In this document: positions 53,042 through 62,298 of the stretch, in pieces
How positions within the stretch are numbered: the stretch's first letter is position 1
How the letters are laid out: each line of letters begins with the position of its first letter
From: Promethearchaeota archaeon
GTDB taxonomy: Archaea > Asgardarchaeota > Lokiarchaeia > Sigyniarchaeales > SOKP01
Direction of reading: 5' to 3'
DNA length: 64,000 bases
NCBI GenBank assembly: GCA_016839555.1
Contig: JAEOUA010000006.1
Coordinates: forward strand, 256,001 to 320,000
Notes under the pieces: generated by a model
Databases searched by the model: none
Seen by the model: only the letters and a program-made list of their open reading frames with translations
What the model was told of the DNA's origin: nothing
Position numbers and translations under genes: made by a program

Positions 53042-53155
53042 TTACCGTTTTGGTCTTAAAAATTTCTCTCTGTAATAGTCTTTTGAATCATAATCCTCGT
53101 TGAAATCCCTTTGAGTTGTTGTTTTATTATCTAAAAACTCTAGTTTTTTCATCAT
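53042..53155 (-). CDS. Putative 37-aa charged micro-protein
   Basis: Manual translation MMKKLEFLDNKTTTQRDFNEDYDSKDYYREKFLRPKR*. Confidence 0.4.
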   Translation of the reverse strand: MMKKLEFLDNKTTTQRDFNEDYDSKDYYREKFLRPKR

Positions 53156-53354
53156 ATAAAAGAAATCATTTTTTATTTTTATTATTTAAAGATCTCATTC
53201 AAGTTCGTGATAACAGATCAAACTCACATTCTTTAATAATAGACTTCAATTAAACCATCCCTATTAGAAGATGCGACATTTTTCAAAGAGAGAAATATTA
53301 AATATTATGTAGAAAATGTAAAGAAAAATGTAGAATATGAGAATTAGTATTTCA

Positions 53355-53462
53355 CTAATGAAACCAAATTATTTCATTAGATCCTCCTAATATACTAGGA
53401 GAGCAATAAAGAATCTTACCAGGTCAATATCCTGATCCGATTACCTCTATTGCTTTTTTTTT
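53355..53462. ncRNA. Candidate structured RNA (three consecutive hairpins)
   Basis: Inverted repeats 53355-63/53372-80, 53384-89/53396-401, 53402-11/53445-54 with inner AATC/GATT and CAGG/CCTG stems. Confidence 0.4.
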
Positions 53463-53653
53463 CTATAGAGGGTTTTAATATAGCTTTCTAATAATTGCTA
53501 TACTTCTTAATTAGATAATGATATGGTTTGAATTTAAACTTAATGTATATAAAATGTTGTAAATCTATATCCTATATAGGTCTATATAGAATAGAATAAA
53601 TTACCCATGCTTTTAGATTTAGATAAATATATAGGTTTATTATTCAAAAAGTG

Positions 53654-54691
53654 CTATATAATTATCATTTTATCTTGTTGTTGATTTCCGAGCAAAATAC
53701 GATAATAAATTTCCTCATTCTTGAAATTGACTTTTTCGAGCTTGCCTTCAACCATTACAATTTCTTCCTCTTTCGCATGTTCGCAAAATTTTCCCCGAAA
53801 GGAGTTAATCTCTTTAATTTTTTTAATCTCGATATCTTTAGAGAGATCTTTTTCATTTATAATCCTTATTGGATTGATGAGATATGAGCAAGGAGTAAAC
53901 AGCGAATCGGAGGAATTAATGATCTCTGCTTTTAGTTTAATTCTTCCCAAGTTTGTAAACTTGTAATCATAGTAATTCCCTTTCCACTCTTCTGGACTTT
54001 TAAGATATCTAATAAAAAAATCAATTCCTTCATATTTACCTTGATGATTTTTTCTTATTTCACTTTTCATGAAATCATTAAAAGAAATGTCTGCTCCAGC
54101 GGCTCGAAAGCGATAATGTTTTTTATAGTCTTCAAAATTATATTTCCTACACTCGTTTTTATCCTGAAAAATATCTAATAGTTTCTTTTGAAAATTTTTA
54201 GCAACTTCTGTACCATAGATGATGAGATCAATATCAGAATTTACTTTATTTAGACCTACCATATGGGATCCTGTTATTCCAAGAGATCCTTCTGGCAAAT
54301 CTCCTTTTTCAATAAATAAATTACAAAGATTTACTGCTATTATTTCACTTTCATTTAGACTCTTTTTCTCCTTTAAATCTTTAAAATATGCTTGTGGGGT
54401 AAAAATGTGCTCGATATCTTTCCTTTTAACCCCTTGCAATTCCATATCTAATTGTTTAGAATAAAAAAGATATTGTGGGAAATGTTGTTTAAGAAAGGAA
54501 TATCTTTCGGAAATATCATAAATTTTCCGGTAATGAATACCCTTTCTAATTCGATCTCCTTCAGAATCTGGATAGAATCTAATAAAACTAATAATACGAT
54601 CCTTCGGATGAAAAATACCTTTTACATCAAAAAATAAATTGTCTTCTTTTGTTTGAAGATACGCTCCTTCAATGGCTTGGTCAAAACTCAT
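53654..54691 (-). CDS. Predicted archaeal nucleotidyltransferase (COG1665-like)
   Basis: GITGS...SDIDLIIYG Pol-beta motif; VKG..HP; VEGKLE. Confidence 0.8.
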   Translation of the reverse strand: MSFDQAIEGAYLQTKEDNLFFDVKGIFHPKDRIISFIRFYPDSEGDRIRKGIHYRKIYDISERYSFLKQHFPQYLFYSKQLDMELQGVKRKDIEHIFTPQAYFKDLKEKKSLNESEIIAVNLCNLFIEKGDLPEGSLGITGSHMVGLNKVNSDIDLIIYGTEVAKNFQKKLLDIFQDKNECRKYNFEDYKKHYRFRAAGADISFNDFMKSEIRKNHQGKYEGIDFFIRYLKSPEEWKGNYYDYKFTNLGRIKLKAEIINSSDSLFTPCSYLINPIRIINEKDLSKDIEIKKIKEINSFRGKFCEHAKEEEIVMVEGKLEKVNFKNEEIYYRILLGNQQQDKMIII

Positions 54692-54775
54692 TTTTACTCA
54701 AAAAGATATCTATAATAAAAATAAGAGAGAAAAAAAGAAAAGTTCTTTTTTTTTAAAGTTTTTAATAGTTCAATT

Positions 54776-54967
54776 TTATTGTCTGACCATAGTAGCTCCA
54801 CAACTGGGACATTTTGTTTGATAGCATGGAACTCCAACTTGATGTGGAACGGTCTTACCACAGTTAGGACAGACACAATTGCCTCCAGGCCCAGCTGCAT
54901 ATGGGCCTCCACCTCTTCCTCTCCCCCCTCCTCCAGGGGGGCCTCTACCTCCACCTCTTCTACTCAC
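54776..54967 (-). CDS. Small Gly/Arg-rich zinc-binding protein
   Basis: GGAGGTG SD; RGG-rich N-terminus; GPGGNCVCPNCG..H..GVPC...CPSCG. Confidence 0.85.
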   Translation of the reverse strand: MSRRGGGRGPPGGGGRGRGGGPYAAGPGGNCVCPNCGKTVPHQVGVPCYQTKCPSCGATMVRQ

Positions 54968-55079
54968 AATTTACACCTCCATAAATATTTTAATAATTAA
55001 ATTGGTTTTCATAATATGAATAATTATTCATAATTAAAAATGTTTACTTTTTAATTTAAATATTGAGTAAAAATAAAGA

Positions 55080-56036
55080 TTATTTCGCAAAAATTCTTCT
55101 CAGTTCGCCGATCGTGGTACTATGTTCAGCATACACGTCGTGGGGATGGATACTTTCGTAGCTTTCAACCTTGAAATTTATTTGAAAATCGTCATCGAGA
55201 TTTGGGAAATCACGTTCAATGAAAATTTTTGCCATTTGTCTTATGATATCCTCAGCGAATAAGGGTTTAAGATGAGCAGTCCTTATTAATTCCGCTTCTT
55301 CGGGTCGTTTTAATACAGATTGAATCTTGCCAGACATACTATCTTCAATTACATCAATTAATTGGAGAACATCAATTTTGTGATTTTTTAAATCTTTTAT
55401 TTGAAGTTGGATAGTTCCTTTCGCACGTTGGTTATGAGATGCGAAGGGAAGAATATTTAATAATTTTTTAAGATCTTCATCAGAAATGTTGATATCCTTT
55501 CTTGTTTTCAGTACTTCTTCTGTGAATTCTTGGGACATTTCTTTAGCACATGGACAGCAGCTCATTCCCAGTGCTGTGGCGCCAATAAAATAAGTAAAAT
55601 CGATCTCTCCCTCTTTATTTTTATTTGCTCTGGTACAGGAACTAATATCGTACGATTTTTGGATATTTCCGTGAGATTCTTCCCTCACTTGCACAATTAT
55701 TTTACCTTCTAGTTTTACCTCTACTTTTGAGGTATAGGGATGTCTTTTTAATAATTTTCTTGCAATACGGTCTCCTACTAGTTCGATAGTGGGTGTAGGT
55801 TTAAAAATAACTTCATTAATTATTTCTTCTATAGTTTCCGCTGTTCGAGACATATGAATTCCTCGCTGTTGAGCTGGGAGAGAAATTAAAGCTGAAATTT
55901 GGGGATAGAATGAATATTTTTTATTCTCTTGAACGATTTCTACCTTTTTTTCAACATTTATAATACCAACTTTGTCGATTGGCAATTTAAACTCAACAAC
56001 TTCCGAATCTTGAAGATCTTTTTTAAATTGATGTAT
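55080..56036 (-). CDS. mptA: GTP cyclohydrolase IV/FolE2 (proposed ATA start at 56036)
   Basis: RGIHMSR, CCPC, SHNQR, LKRPEE, ESIHPH; conserved D(L/V)Q motif lies upstream of the ORF-track TTG. Confidence 0.92.
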   Translation of the reverse strand: MHQFKKDLQDSEVVEFKLPIDKVGIINVEKKVEIVQENKKYSFYPQISALISLPAQQRGIHMSRTAETIEEIINEVIFKPTPTIELVGDRIARKLLKRHPYTSKVEVKLEGKIIVQVREESHGNIQKSYDISSCTRANKNKEGEIDFTYFIGATALGMSCCPCAKEMSQEFTEEVLKTRKDINISDEDLKKLLNILPFASHNQRAKGTIQLQIKDLKNHKIDVLQLIDVIEDSMSGKIQSVLKRPEEAELIRTAHLKPLFAEDIIRQMAKIFIERDFPNLDDDFQINFKVESYESIHPHDVYAEHSTTIGELRRIFAK

Positions 56037-56205
56037 TTTTCATCACCAATTTCTGATATTAAATCACTATTCTAGACTAGAAAAAGATGTATTAATTTTA
56101 ATATTTCAGATTAATATAAAATGAAATTAATATGATCAATAATTATTGCAAACCAGAATTTTATGAATGGTTTAAAAGAGCCTTTGATTAAAGTAGATAA
56201 GATTT

Positions 56206-57363
56206 ATGCATAAATATACATTTGGACTTATTGGGGATAATTTAGAAATCAAAAAAGATATTAGATTTGATATAAATAATAAAGGAAAAATAGCTAATCT
56301 TACTTATAAAGAATGTAAAAATGAATTAAATCTTAGAGAGGACATAAATAATTTTTTTCTTTTACCAGGATTAATAAATTCTCATGTTCATATAGGAGAT
56401 AGTTTTGCTAAGGAAAGAGGCTATAATATGGAATTAATTGATATGGTATCCCCTCCAAATGGCTTAAAACATATCTTACTTGAAAATATATCACCAGAAA
56501 TTAAAATAAATGGCATTAAACAAGCAGCTTTAGAGATGTTATCTAATGGAATTACATTTTTTATGGATTTTAGAGAAGAAGGGGTAAAGGGCATTACAAT
56601 TTTAAAGGATGCATTAAATGAAAGTCCAATAAAATATCAGGTCTATGGAAGGTTCAATAGCATAGAGGAAATTAAGCAGATATTTCAACAAGCAGATGGT
56701 ATAGGATTATCAAGTTATAAAATTATAAATTTAGGGATAAAAAAGGAATTACAAAATAATAAGGAGATATATAAAAAATTAATAGCATGTCATCATGCGG
56801 AAGAAAGGAGAAAACCAAAATTATTCAAAGAAATATTAAAGGATAAATTAATCCAAATACTTATTCATGGCACCCAATTGTTAGAAAGCGATTTGGAAGA
56901 TTTACAAAATAAAAACATCTCTTTAATTTTGTGTCCAAGATGTAATGGATATTTTGGAGTAGGTTTTCCTCCAATTAGAGAGGTTTTAAAATTAAATATT
57001 CCTGTTTCTATAGGGACAGATAATATAATGATTAATAGCCCTAATTTATTTGAGGAAATAAGATATTTATCTTTAATTTTTAAAGTTCTAAATAGAGGGA
57101 ATAAAAAGCCTACTTTATCAGCTAGAGAATTATTAAAAATGATTACCATAAATGCTGCCAGAAATTTTAGAGTTCAAAATCAAGTAGGGTCAATTCAAGA
57201 AGGGAAAGATGCCGATTTTTTCTTAATTAATTTAAATGATCCCAATTATTATTCATTTACTTTAACTAAGGATATTATCTATCCCTTAATTGTTCAAAGA
57301 ACTCAAACATCAAATATTAAAAAAGTATATATAAAGGGTGAGAAAGTATTTGAGAGAAAATGA
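56206..57363 (+). CDS. Metal-dependent amidohydrolase/deaminase
   Basis: PGLINSHVHIGDS, HHAE, IHG, GTDN. Confidence 0.88.
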   Translation: MHKYTFGLIGDNLEIKKDIRFDINNKGKIANLTYKECKNELNLREDINNFFLLPGLINSHVHIGDSFAKERGYNMELIDMVSPPNGLKHILLENISPEIKINGIKQAALEMLSNGITFFMDFREEGVKGITILKDALNESPIKYQVYGRFNSIEEIKQIFQQADGIGLSSYKIINLGIKKELQNNKEIYKKLIACHHAEERRKPKLFKEILKDKLIQILIHGTQLLESDLEDLQNKNISLILCPRCNGYFGVGFPPIREVLKLNIPVSIGTDNIMINSPNLFEEIRYLSLIFKVLNRGNKKPTLSARELLKMITINAARNFRVQNQVGSIQEGKDADFFLINLNDPNYYSFTLTKDIIYPLIVQRTQTSNIKKVYIKGEKVFERK

Positions 57364-58024
57364 GAAACCTTACATAATATTAAGCGCCGCAATGACAATA
57401 GACGGAAAAATAGCCTCTAAGAGTGGAGATCCAGAGCTTTCGGATGAAGAAGATTGGAAAGAAGTGCACAAATTGAGAACTCAAGTTGATGCAATAATGA
57501 TTGGCAAAAATACAGTTCTTACAGATGACCCTAAGCTTCATATAAAGTATCATCAACATGATGGATATTATAGAATTATTTTAGATAGTAAATTATTAAT
57601 TCCACTTTCGTCAAAAGTAATTACTTTTCAACCAGAATTATATCCCACAATTATTTGTACCACTGAAAATGTTTCCCCACAAAGAATAAAAGAATTCCAA
57701 GAAAAAAATGTAAAAATAATCCAATCAGGAAAGGGAAAGCGTGTCGATATAGTAAAGTTGATGCCAAAACTCTCCAAGTTAGGAATTAAATCGATTCTTT
57801 TAGAAGGGGGAGGTACCATTAATTGGAGCTTTGTTAAGAATAAATTAATTGATGAAGTACGCCTTACGATTGCGCCGTGGATAGTGGGCGGAAAAGAAGC
57901 TGTCAGTTTAGTGGAGGGAAAAGGATTCGAATTCATGAAGCATTCATTAAAATTTGAATTAGTTTCGGTTAAACATCGAGCAAATTATGTTATTCTAAAA
58001 TATAAGAGAAAAAATGACAAATAA
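57338..58024 (+). CDS. arfC: 2,5-diamino-6-(ribosylamino)-4(3H)-pyrimidinone 5'-phosphate reductase
   Basis: AAMTIDGKIA, VHKLR..VDAIMIG.NTVL.DDP, LLEGGG; stand-alone RibD C-terminal domain. Confidence 0.88.
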   Translation: MRKYLRENEKPYIILSAAMTIDGKIASKSGDPELSDEEDWKEVHKLRTQVDAIMIGKNTVLTDDPKLHIKYHQHDGYYRIILDSKLLIPLSSKVITFQPELYPTIICTTENVSPQRIKEFQEKNVKIIQSGKGKRVDIVKLMPKLSKLGIKSILLEGGGTINWSFVKNKLIDEVRLTIAPWIVGGKEAVSLVEGKGFEFMKHSLKFELVSVKHRANYVILKYKRKNDK

Positions 58025-59123
58025 GAGAAAAAAAATAGATTATTTCAAAGATATAACTTTAAAACGACTCAGGGAAGAGGTAAAGGAGATTAAAGAAGCT
58101 CTTCCAGAAGAGAAGAAGAATATTATTACTTATTCCCGAAATTTTACACTTTCGCTATCAAATTATTGTATAAATAATTGTGGGTACTGCTATTATAATT
58201 TTAGGGTTCCTAAATATGGCGCGAATAAAAATGTTATTTTACTTGGCAAAGATGATGTTAAAAAACAAGTCGATGAAGCTATTAAACATAATTGTAAAGA
58301 GGGCTTAGTTATGTCCGGGGAAAAACCTGATGAATTTCCAGAAGTTAGAAAAGAGTTAGAAACTCGAGGCTTTAACAATTATATCGATTATGTCCAAAAT
58401 ATATGTCGCTATTTATTAAAGTTTAAAATCCTTCCTCATACAAATATAGGCTTCTTAACATATAAACAAATGAAACTATTAAAAAACTATAATGCTAGTA
58501 TGGGGTTAATGTTAGAAAGCACCAGCAAGAAACTATTCAATAAGGGAGAAGTACATGAATTTTCACCAGGGAAAACGCCCAAAAGAAGGATAAAACCTTT
58601 AATAAATGCAGGAAAATTAAAAATTTCCTTTACGACAGGATTATTATTAGGTATTGGTGAAAATTTCGAGGATCGAGTTAAGGATTTATATTTGATAAAA
58701 GATATTTATGACAAATATAAACATATTCAAGAAGTTATTCTCCAGAATTTTGAATATAAAAATGGGATATCGTATAATCCGGCTCAACCCATTTCGATGG
58801 AGAAAATGTTGAAAATAACGGGAGTAGCAAAGTTAATATTTAAAAACGATATAGCTATTCAAGTTCCACCAAATCTAATAAAGGGATTTGAAAAAAGCTT
58901 CATCGAAATGGGGATAAATGACTTTGGGGGAATCTCACCATTTTCTCAAGATTTTATAAATCCCGAAAAAGAATGGCCCAAAATCGAGTATTTAAGCGAA
59001 ATATTAAAAAAAAAAAGATATTTCCTCAAAGAAAGGCTTCCAATATATGAGAAATATGTGAATAAGAAAAACTTCTGTCCAAAAAATATTAGAAATATAA
59101 TTAATTCTGATTTTAAATCCTAA
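58014..59123 (+). CDS. cofG: FO synthase subunit CofG (radical SAM)
   Basis: ITYSRN, CINNCGYC, PHTN, SMGLMLE, SPGK.P, QVPPNL, DFGGISP, ERLPIY. Confidence 0.93.
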   Translation: MTNKRKKIDYFKDITLKRLREEVKEIKEALPEEKKNIITYSRNFTLSLSNYCINNCGYCYYNFRVPKYGANKNVILLGKDDVKKQVDEAIKHNCKEGLVMSGEKPDEFPEVRKELETRGFNNYIDYVQNICRYLLKFKILPHTNIGFLTYKQMKLLKNYNASMGLMLESTSKKLFNKGEVHEFSPGKTPKRRIKPLINAGKLKISFTTGLLLGIGENFEDRVKDLYLIKDIYDKYKHIQEVILQNFEYKNGISYNPAQPISMEKMLKITGVAKLIFKNDIAIQVPPNLIKGFEKSFIEMGINDFGGISPFSQDFINPEKEWPKIEYLSEILKKKRYFLKERLPIYEKYVNKKNFCPKNIRNIINSDFKS

Positions 59124-59125
59124 GT

Positions 59126-59569
59126 TCATTCGATTATTTCTAGGGTACCCTCCGTTCCATTAACCCTAACAATGCTACCATTTTTAATTTTTTCTAATTC
59201 CTTGAAATCAATTTGGTCAACTATCGGAAACTGAATTCCAAAGAAAATATCTGCGGCGACTGCGCCCGAGCTCATGAGAGGTTCTCCTCTCTCGCAAACT
59301 ATCGCTTTTGGTCCAATGCCTCTGTGGATCGTTTCAAGCAATACAAATCCTAAAGTAGTTGTCCCGATTGGATAAGGAAATATCAATATTTTGTCTCCCA
59401 CGTCCTTTCTATAAAGTTCATGAGTTCTATCTGCGACTTTAAGCTTTCTACTAAATTGAATCAATGGAAAAGTGAACGCTGCGGAAATACTGAATGGCTG
59501 TGATGTAATTATCGCTTCGCCTTCCGCAATACCTCCACTTAATCCCCTCCCTTTTAGAATCTTATTCAT
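59126..59569 (-). CDS. Aconitase X swivel (small) subunit
   Basis: GIAEGEA, KILIFP..GTT, PKAIV, VNGTEG. Confidence 0.85.
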   Translation of the reverse strand: MNKILKGRGLSGGIAEGEAIITSQPFSISAAFTFPLIQFSRKLKVADRTHELYRKDVGDKILIFPYPIGTTTLGFVLLETIHRGIGPKAIVCERGEPLMSSGAVAADIFFGIQFPIVDQIDFKELEKIKNGSIVRVNGTEGTLEIIE

Positions 59570-60758
59570 TATACCATCCCTCCGTAGCTATTCTGATACA
59601 ATCATCAATATTTCTATAAGTTGCATTACTATAAAAACATGTTTTTGCTGAATTGGTTGTTAATGGTCTTGGCAATGCAGTCAACAGGGGACAAAAGGAT
59701 GTTAAATGGGCTCCTGAGTCTTCCAAGATTCTATTGTAATCAGAATTAATTATTGAGTTCTTTGCCTCTGGATTAGTGCAAATCCAAAAATTTATCCCTT
59801 CACTAATTTTTTTACCTTCTAATTTATTAATTACTTCAATTGCTTCCTTTCTACTCAACTGAGGACACCCAATAGATATATTATTCGGGGACTTATTCCA
59901 CTCCGTGCTATATTTTTCTCGAACCTGCTTAATATCATTCATGGTAATGTCTATAATTTCTTTTGGTTTGTCGTTTTGAAATGCTTGTTCTAAAGTTTTT
60001 CCTTCTGGCGTTTTTCCAATTACATGTATTAAAGCAACAGCACCGGTAGCTGCTGATGCTGCACCTAAGTTTTTTAGATAATCAGATGAGATATTTTCAA
60101 GTCCTTCAATTACAGGTACTTGATTTCCCGCTATTTCACCTATTATCAAGCCAATAGATGTTAAATTAAATAAATCATTTTTATCAATATCAGGAGAAAG
60201 CCGAAAAAGCAATTCTCCTTTCCTATTTTCTGTTATAAGCAATCCATGATAGGAAGTCTTTCCGAGAATCCCACACGCAATATCCACAAGACCACCCTCC
60301 CTATTAGAACGGGCCCCTATTACCGAATTCAAATAAATCACTGCTGAGGACTCAGACCATGCACAATATTCTCTGAATTTAGGTTTATTATCAATAAAAT
60401 ATGGTGTACAAGTAAATCCCCGGATCCCAATTTTATCCAAATCTTCCATCATCTGGTCATGAAGCGTAAACATAGGATATACCACGCTCAATTCTTCGCT
60501 ATAATCCATATCAATTATAGGATCAGCCGTCGTTCTTACTTTTACTTTCAACCCTGATTCTGCAATTTCGTGTAAAACATTTGCCGCCGCATTAACAAAA
60601 TTCAATCCAAAGTTTAATACAGTATGGGCAGATACAATATCAATTAATTTTTCCGCTCCAAAAGAGTCTCCCAATTTCACGATAAGTTTCATTAATTTGG
60701 AAAGCATTTCTCCTTTATTTCCTGAGAGGATATCCTCTTCTTCCTTAGTTAAATACAT
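59562..60758 (-). CDS. Aconitase X catalytic (large) subunit
   Basis: MYLTKEEE, TCTPY, WSESSA, GARSNREGG, TPE, IGCP, TNSAK. Confidence 0.9.
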   Translation of the reverse strand: MYLTKEEEDILSGNKGEMLSKLMKLIVKLGDSFGAEKLIDIVSAHTVLNFGLNFVNAAANVLHEIAESGLKVKVRTTADPIIDMDYSEELSVVYPMFTLHDQMMEDLDKIGIRGFTCTPYFIDNKPKFREYCAWSESSAVIYLNSVIGARSNREGGLVDIACGILGKTSYHGLLITENRKGELLFRLSPDIDKNDLFNLTSIGLIIGEIAGNQVPVIEGLENISSDYLKNLGAASAATGAVALIHVIGKTPEGKTLEQAFQNDKPKEIIDITMNDIKQVREKYSTEWNKSPNNISIGCPQLSRKEAIEVINKLEGKKISEGINFWICTNPEAKNSIINSDYNRILEDSGAHLTSFCPLLTALPRPLTTNSAKTCFYSNATYRNIDDCIRIATEGWYNE

Positions 60759-60944
60759 TTTTTTCCTCTTCGAATTTTTATTAAATCTAAGTATTTAATA
60801 TTTAAATAAAAATGTTGTGGTGGGATGATAGAAAAATAATTTTCACCCAGTTAAAATGAAAAATTTTCTAGAATTAAATTTTAAAAAATTGATTTATTAT
60901 AGTTTTTTAAGCAATTTATAAAGTAGAAAAATAAAAGAGCTTTT

Positions 60945-61074
60945 CTTGAGATTTTCAAACAAATAATTAAAAAAAGAAGGATATAAACTAGAAGAAAGAC
61001 TTCTAATATATGAAAATTACAAAATATAAAGTCTTTTTAGAAAGTATTAAAAAATAATTGATAATATAGATTAG
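60945..61074 (+). pseudogene. Decayed duplicate of the cofG 3' end
   Basis: LEIFKQIIKK(fs)EGYKLEERLLIYENY aligns without gaps to CofG IEYLSEILKKKRYFLKERLPIYEKY; ends just before the cofH ATG. Confidence 0.65.
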
Positions 61075-61076
61075 TA

Positions 61077-62204
61077 ATGATTATTTCTCAATTGAAAGGA
61101 ATTGACCCTGTAATAAAAAAAATTTTAAGAAAAAGTCAGACAAATGAGGAAATCACTCCAGATGAAGCTTTAAAACTACTAAAAGTATCTGGAAGAGAAT
61201 TTTCTGCCTTACAATATGTCGCAAATCAAATTTGTCAAGAAAAAAAAGGGAATGTCGTTACGTTTGTAGTAAATCGAAATATCAATTTTACAAATATTTG
61301 TTCCAAACAGTGTCTCTTTTGTTCTTTTAGTCATCTTGAGAATCATGAAGATGCATTCTTACTAACAATGGAAGATATTAGGAATAAGGCAATTGAGGCA
61401 AAAGAATTGGACTGTACAGAACTATGCATTCAAGGAGGGATAAATCCTAATCTATCTTTTGATTATTATTTAGATATTCTAAAAACTGTAAAAAAGGTTG
61501 ATCCAAATATCCATACTCATGCATTTTCTCCTGAAGAAATCTTTTTTATGTCAAGGCTTTATGATGATTATATTGAAGCTACATTAAAACAACTGAAAAA
61601 AGCAGGATTAGATTCTATCCCTGGTACCGCTGCTGAAATGTTAGTTGATAAAATCCGAAAAATAATATGCCCAAATAAGATTTCTACCGCTCAATGGATT
61701 GAAATTATCACCACATCTCATGAATTGGGTATTCCAACCACCTCCACAATGATGTATGGACATATTGAAGACTTAGAGGATAGAATAACCCATCTTACAA
61801 TTTTGAGAAACATTCAAAAAAATACCTTTGGAATCACTGAATTTGTCCCCTTACCGTTTGTTAAGGGAAATCCTGCTTTATCAAAATTAAAGAAATACCC
61901 TTTAAAACCCAACTATGGTATGAGTGATTTAAAGTTGTTCTGTGTTGCGAGGTTATTTTTAAATAACTATATTGATAATATTCAGACTTCATGGGTTAAA
62001 TTAGGGCCTAAATTGGCCCAAGTTTCCTTAAATTATGGAGTTAATGATTTTTCAGGCACTTTAATGGAAGAAAATATATCCAGAAGTGCTGGAGCAGAAT
62101 TTGGACAATATCTATCTCCGAGTGAAATGAAAACAATTATTAGAAACGCAGGTCGGATTCCTGCGCAACGAGATACTTTATATAATATACTTAGAAAATT
62201 TTAA
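61077..62204 (+). CDS. cofH: FO synthase subunit CofH (radical SAM)
   Basis: VVNRNINFTNIC...CLFC, HAFSPEE, PGTAAE, SWVKLG, DFSGTLMEENISRSAG. Confidence 0.93.
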   Translation: MIISQLKGIDPVIKKILRKSQTNEEITPDEALKLLKVSGREFSALQYVANQICQEKKGNVVTFVVNRNINFTNICSKQCLFCSFSHLENHEDAFLLTMEDIRNKAIEAKELDCTELCIQGGINPNLSFDYYLDILKTVKKVDPNIHTHAFSPEEIFFMSRLYDDYIEATLKQLKKAGLDSIPGTAAEMLVDKIRKIICPNKISTAQWIEIITTSHELGIPTTSTMMYGHIEDLEDRITHLTILRNIQKNTFGITEFVPLPFVKGNPALSKLKKYPLKPNYGMSDLKLFCVARLFLNNYIDNIQTSWVKLGPKLAQVSLNYGVNDFSGTLMEENISRSAGAEFGQYLSPSEMKTIIRNAGRIPAQRDTLYNILRKF

Positions 62205-62298
62205 AATTCTATAATATGTTATTTTTTATTTAATAAATAAAGATTTAATATAAGAAAATCAAATATAATATATATAAAGGAAGAGGTTCAATGCTTTT

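Noticed and set aside
53340-53400. Hammerhead ribozyme-like words (CUAAUGA...GAAA) on the minus strand
   Set aside because: The core deviates from CUGANGA and stems I/II cannot form consistently
52488-53653. Replication origin in the long AT-rich gap
   Set aside because: No ORB-like repeats or adjacent cdc6/orc1; the gap is better explained by micro-ORFs and hairpins
1707-58378. Many 60-215 aa antisense or overlapping ORFs in the track (e.g. 1707..2126, 8153..8500, 19175..19594, 28391..28684, 48332..48979, 54694..54954)
   Set aside because: Shadows of well-supported genes on the opposite strand or in another frame; no motifs
60815-60850. Hairpin containing AUGA, possible SECIS
   Set aside because: No matching GA quartet on the 3' arm and no in-frame UGA selenoprotein candidate nearby
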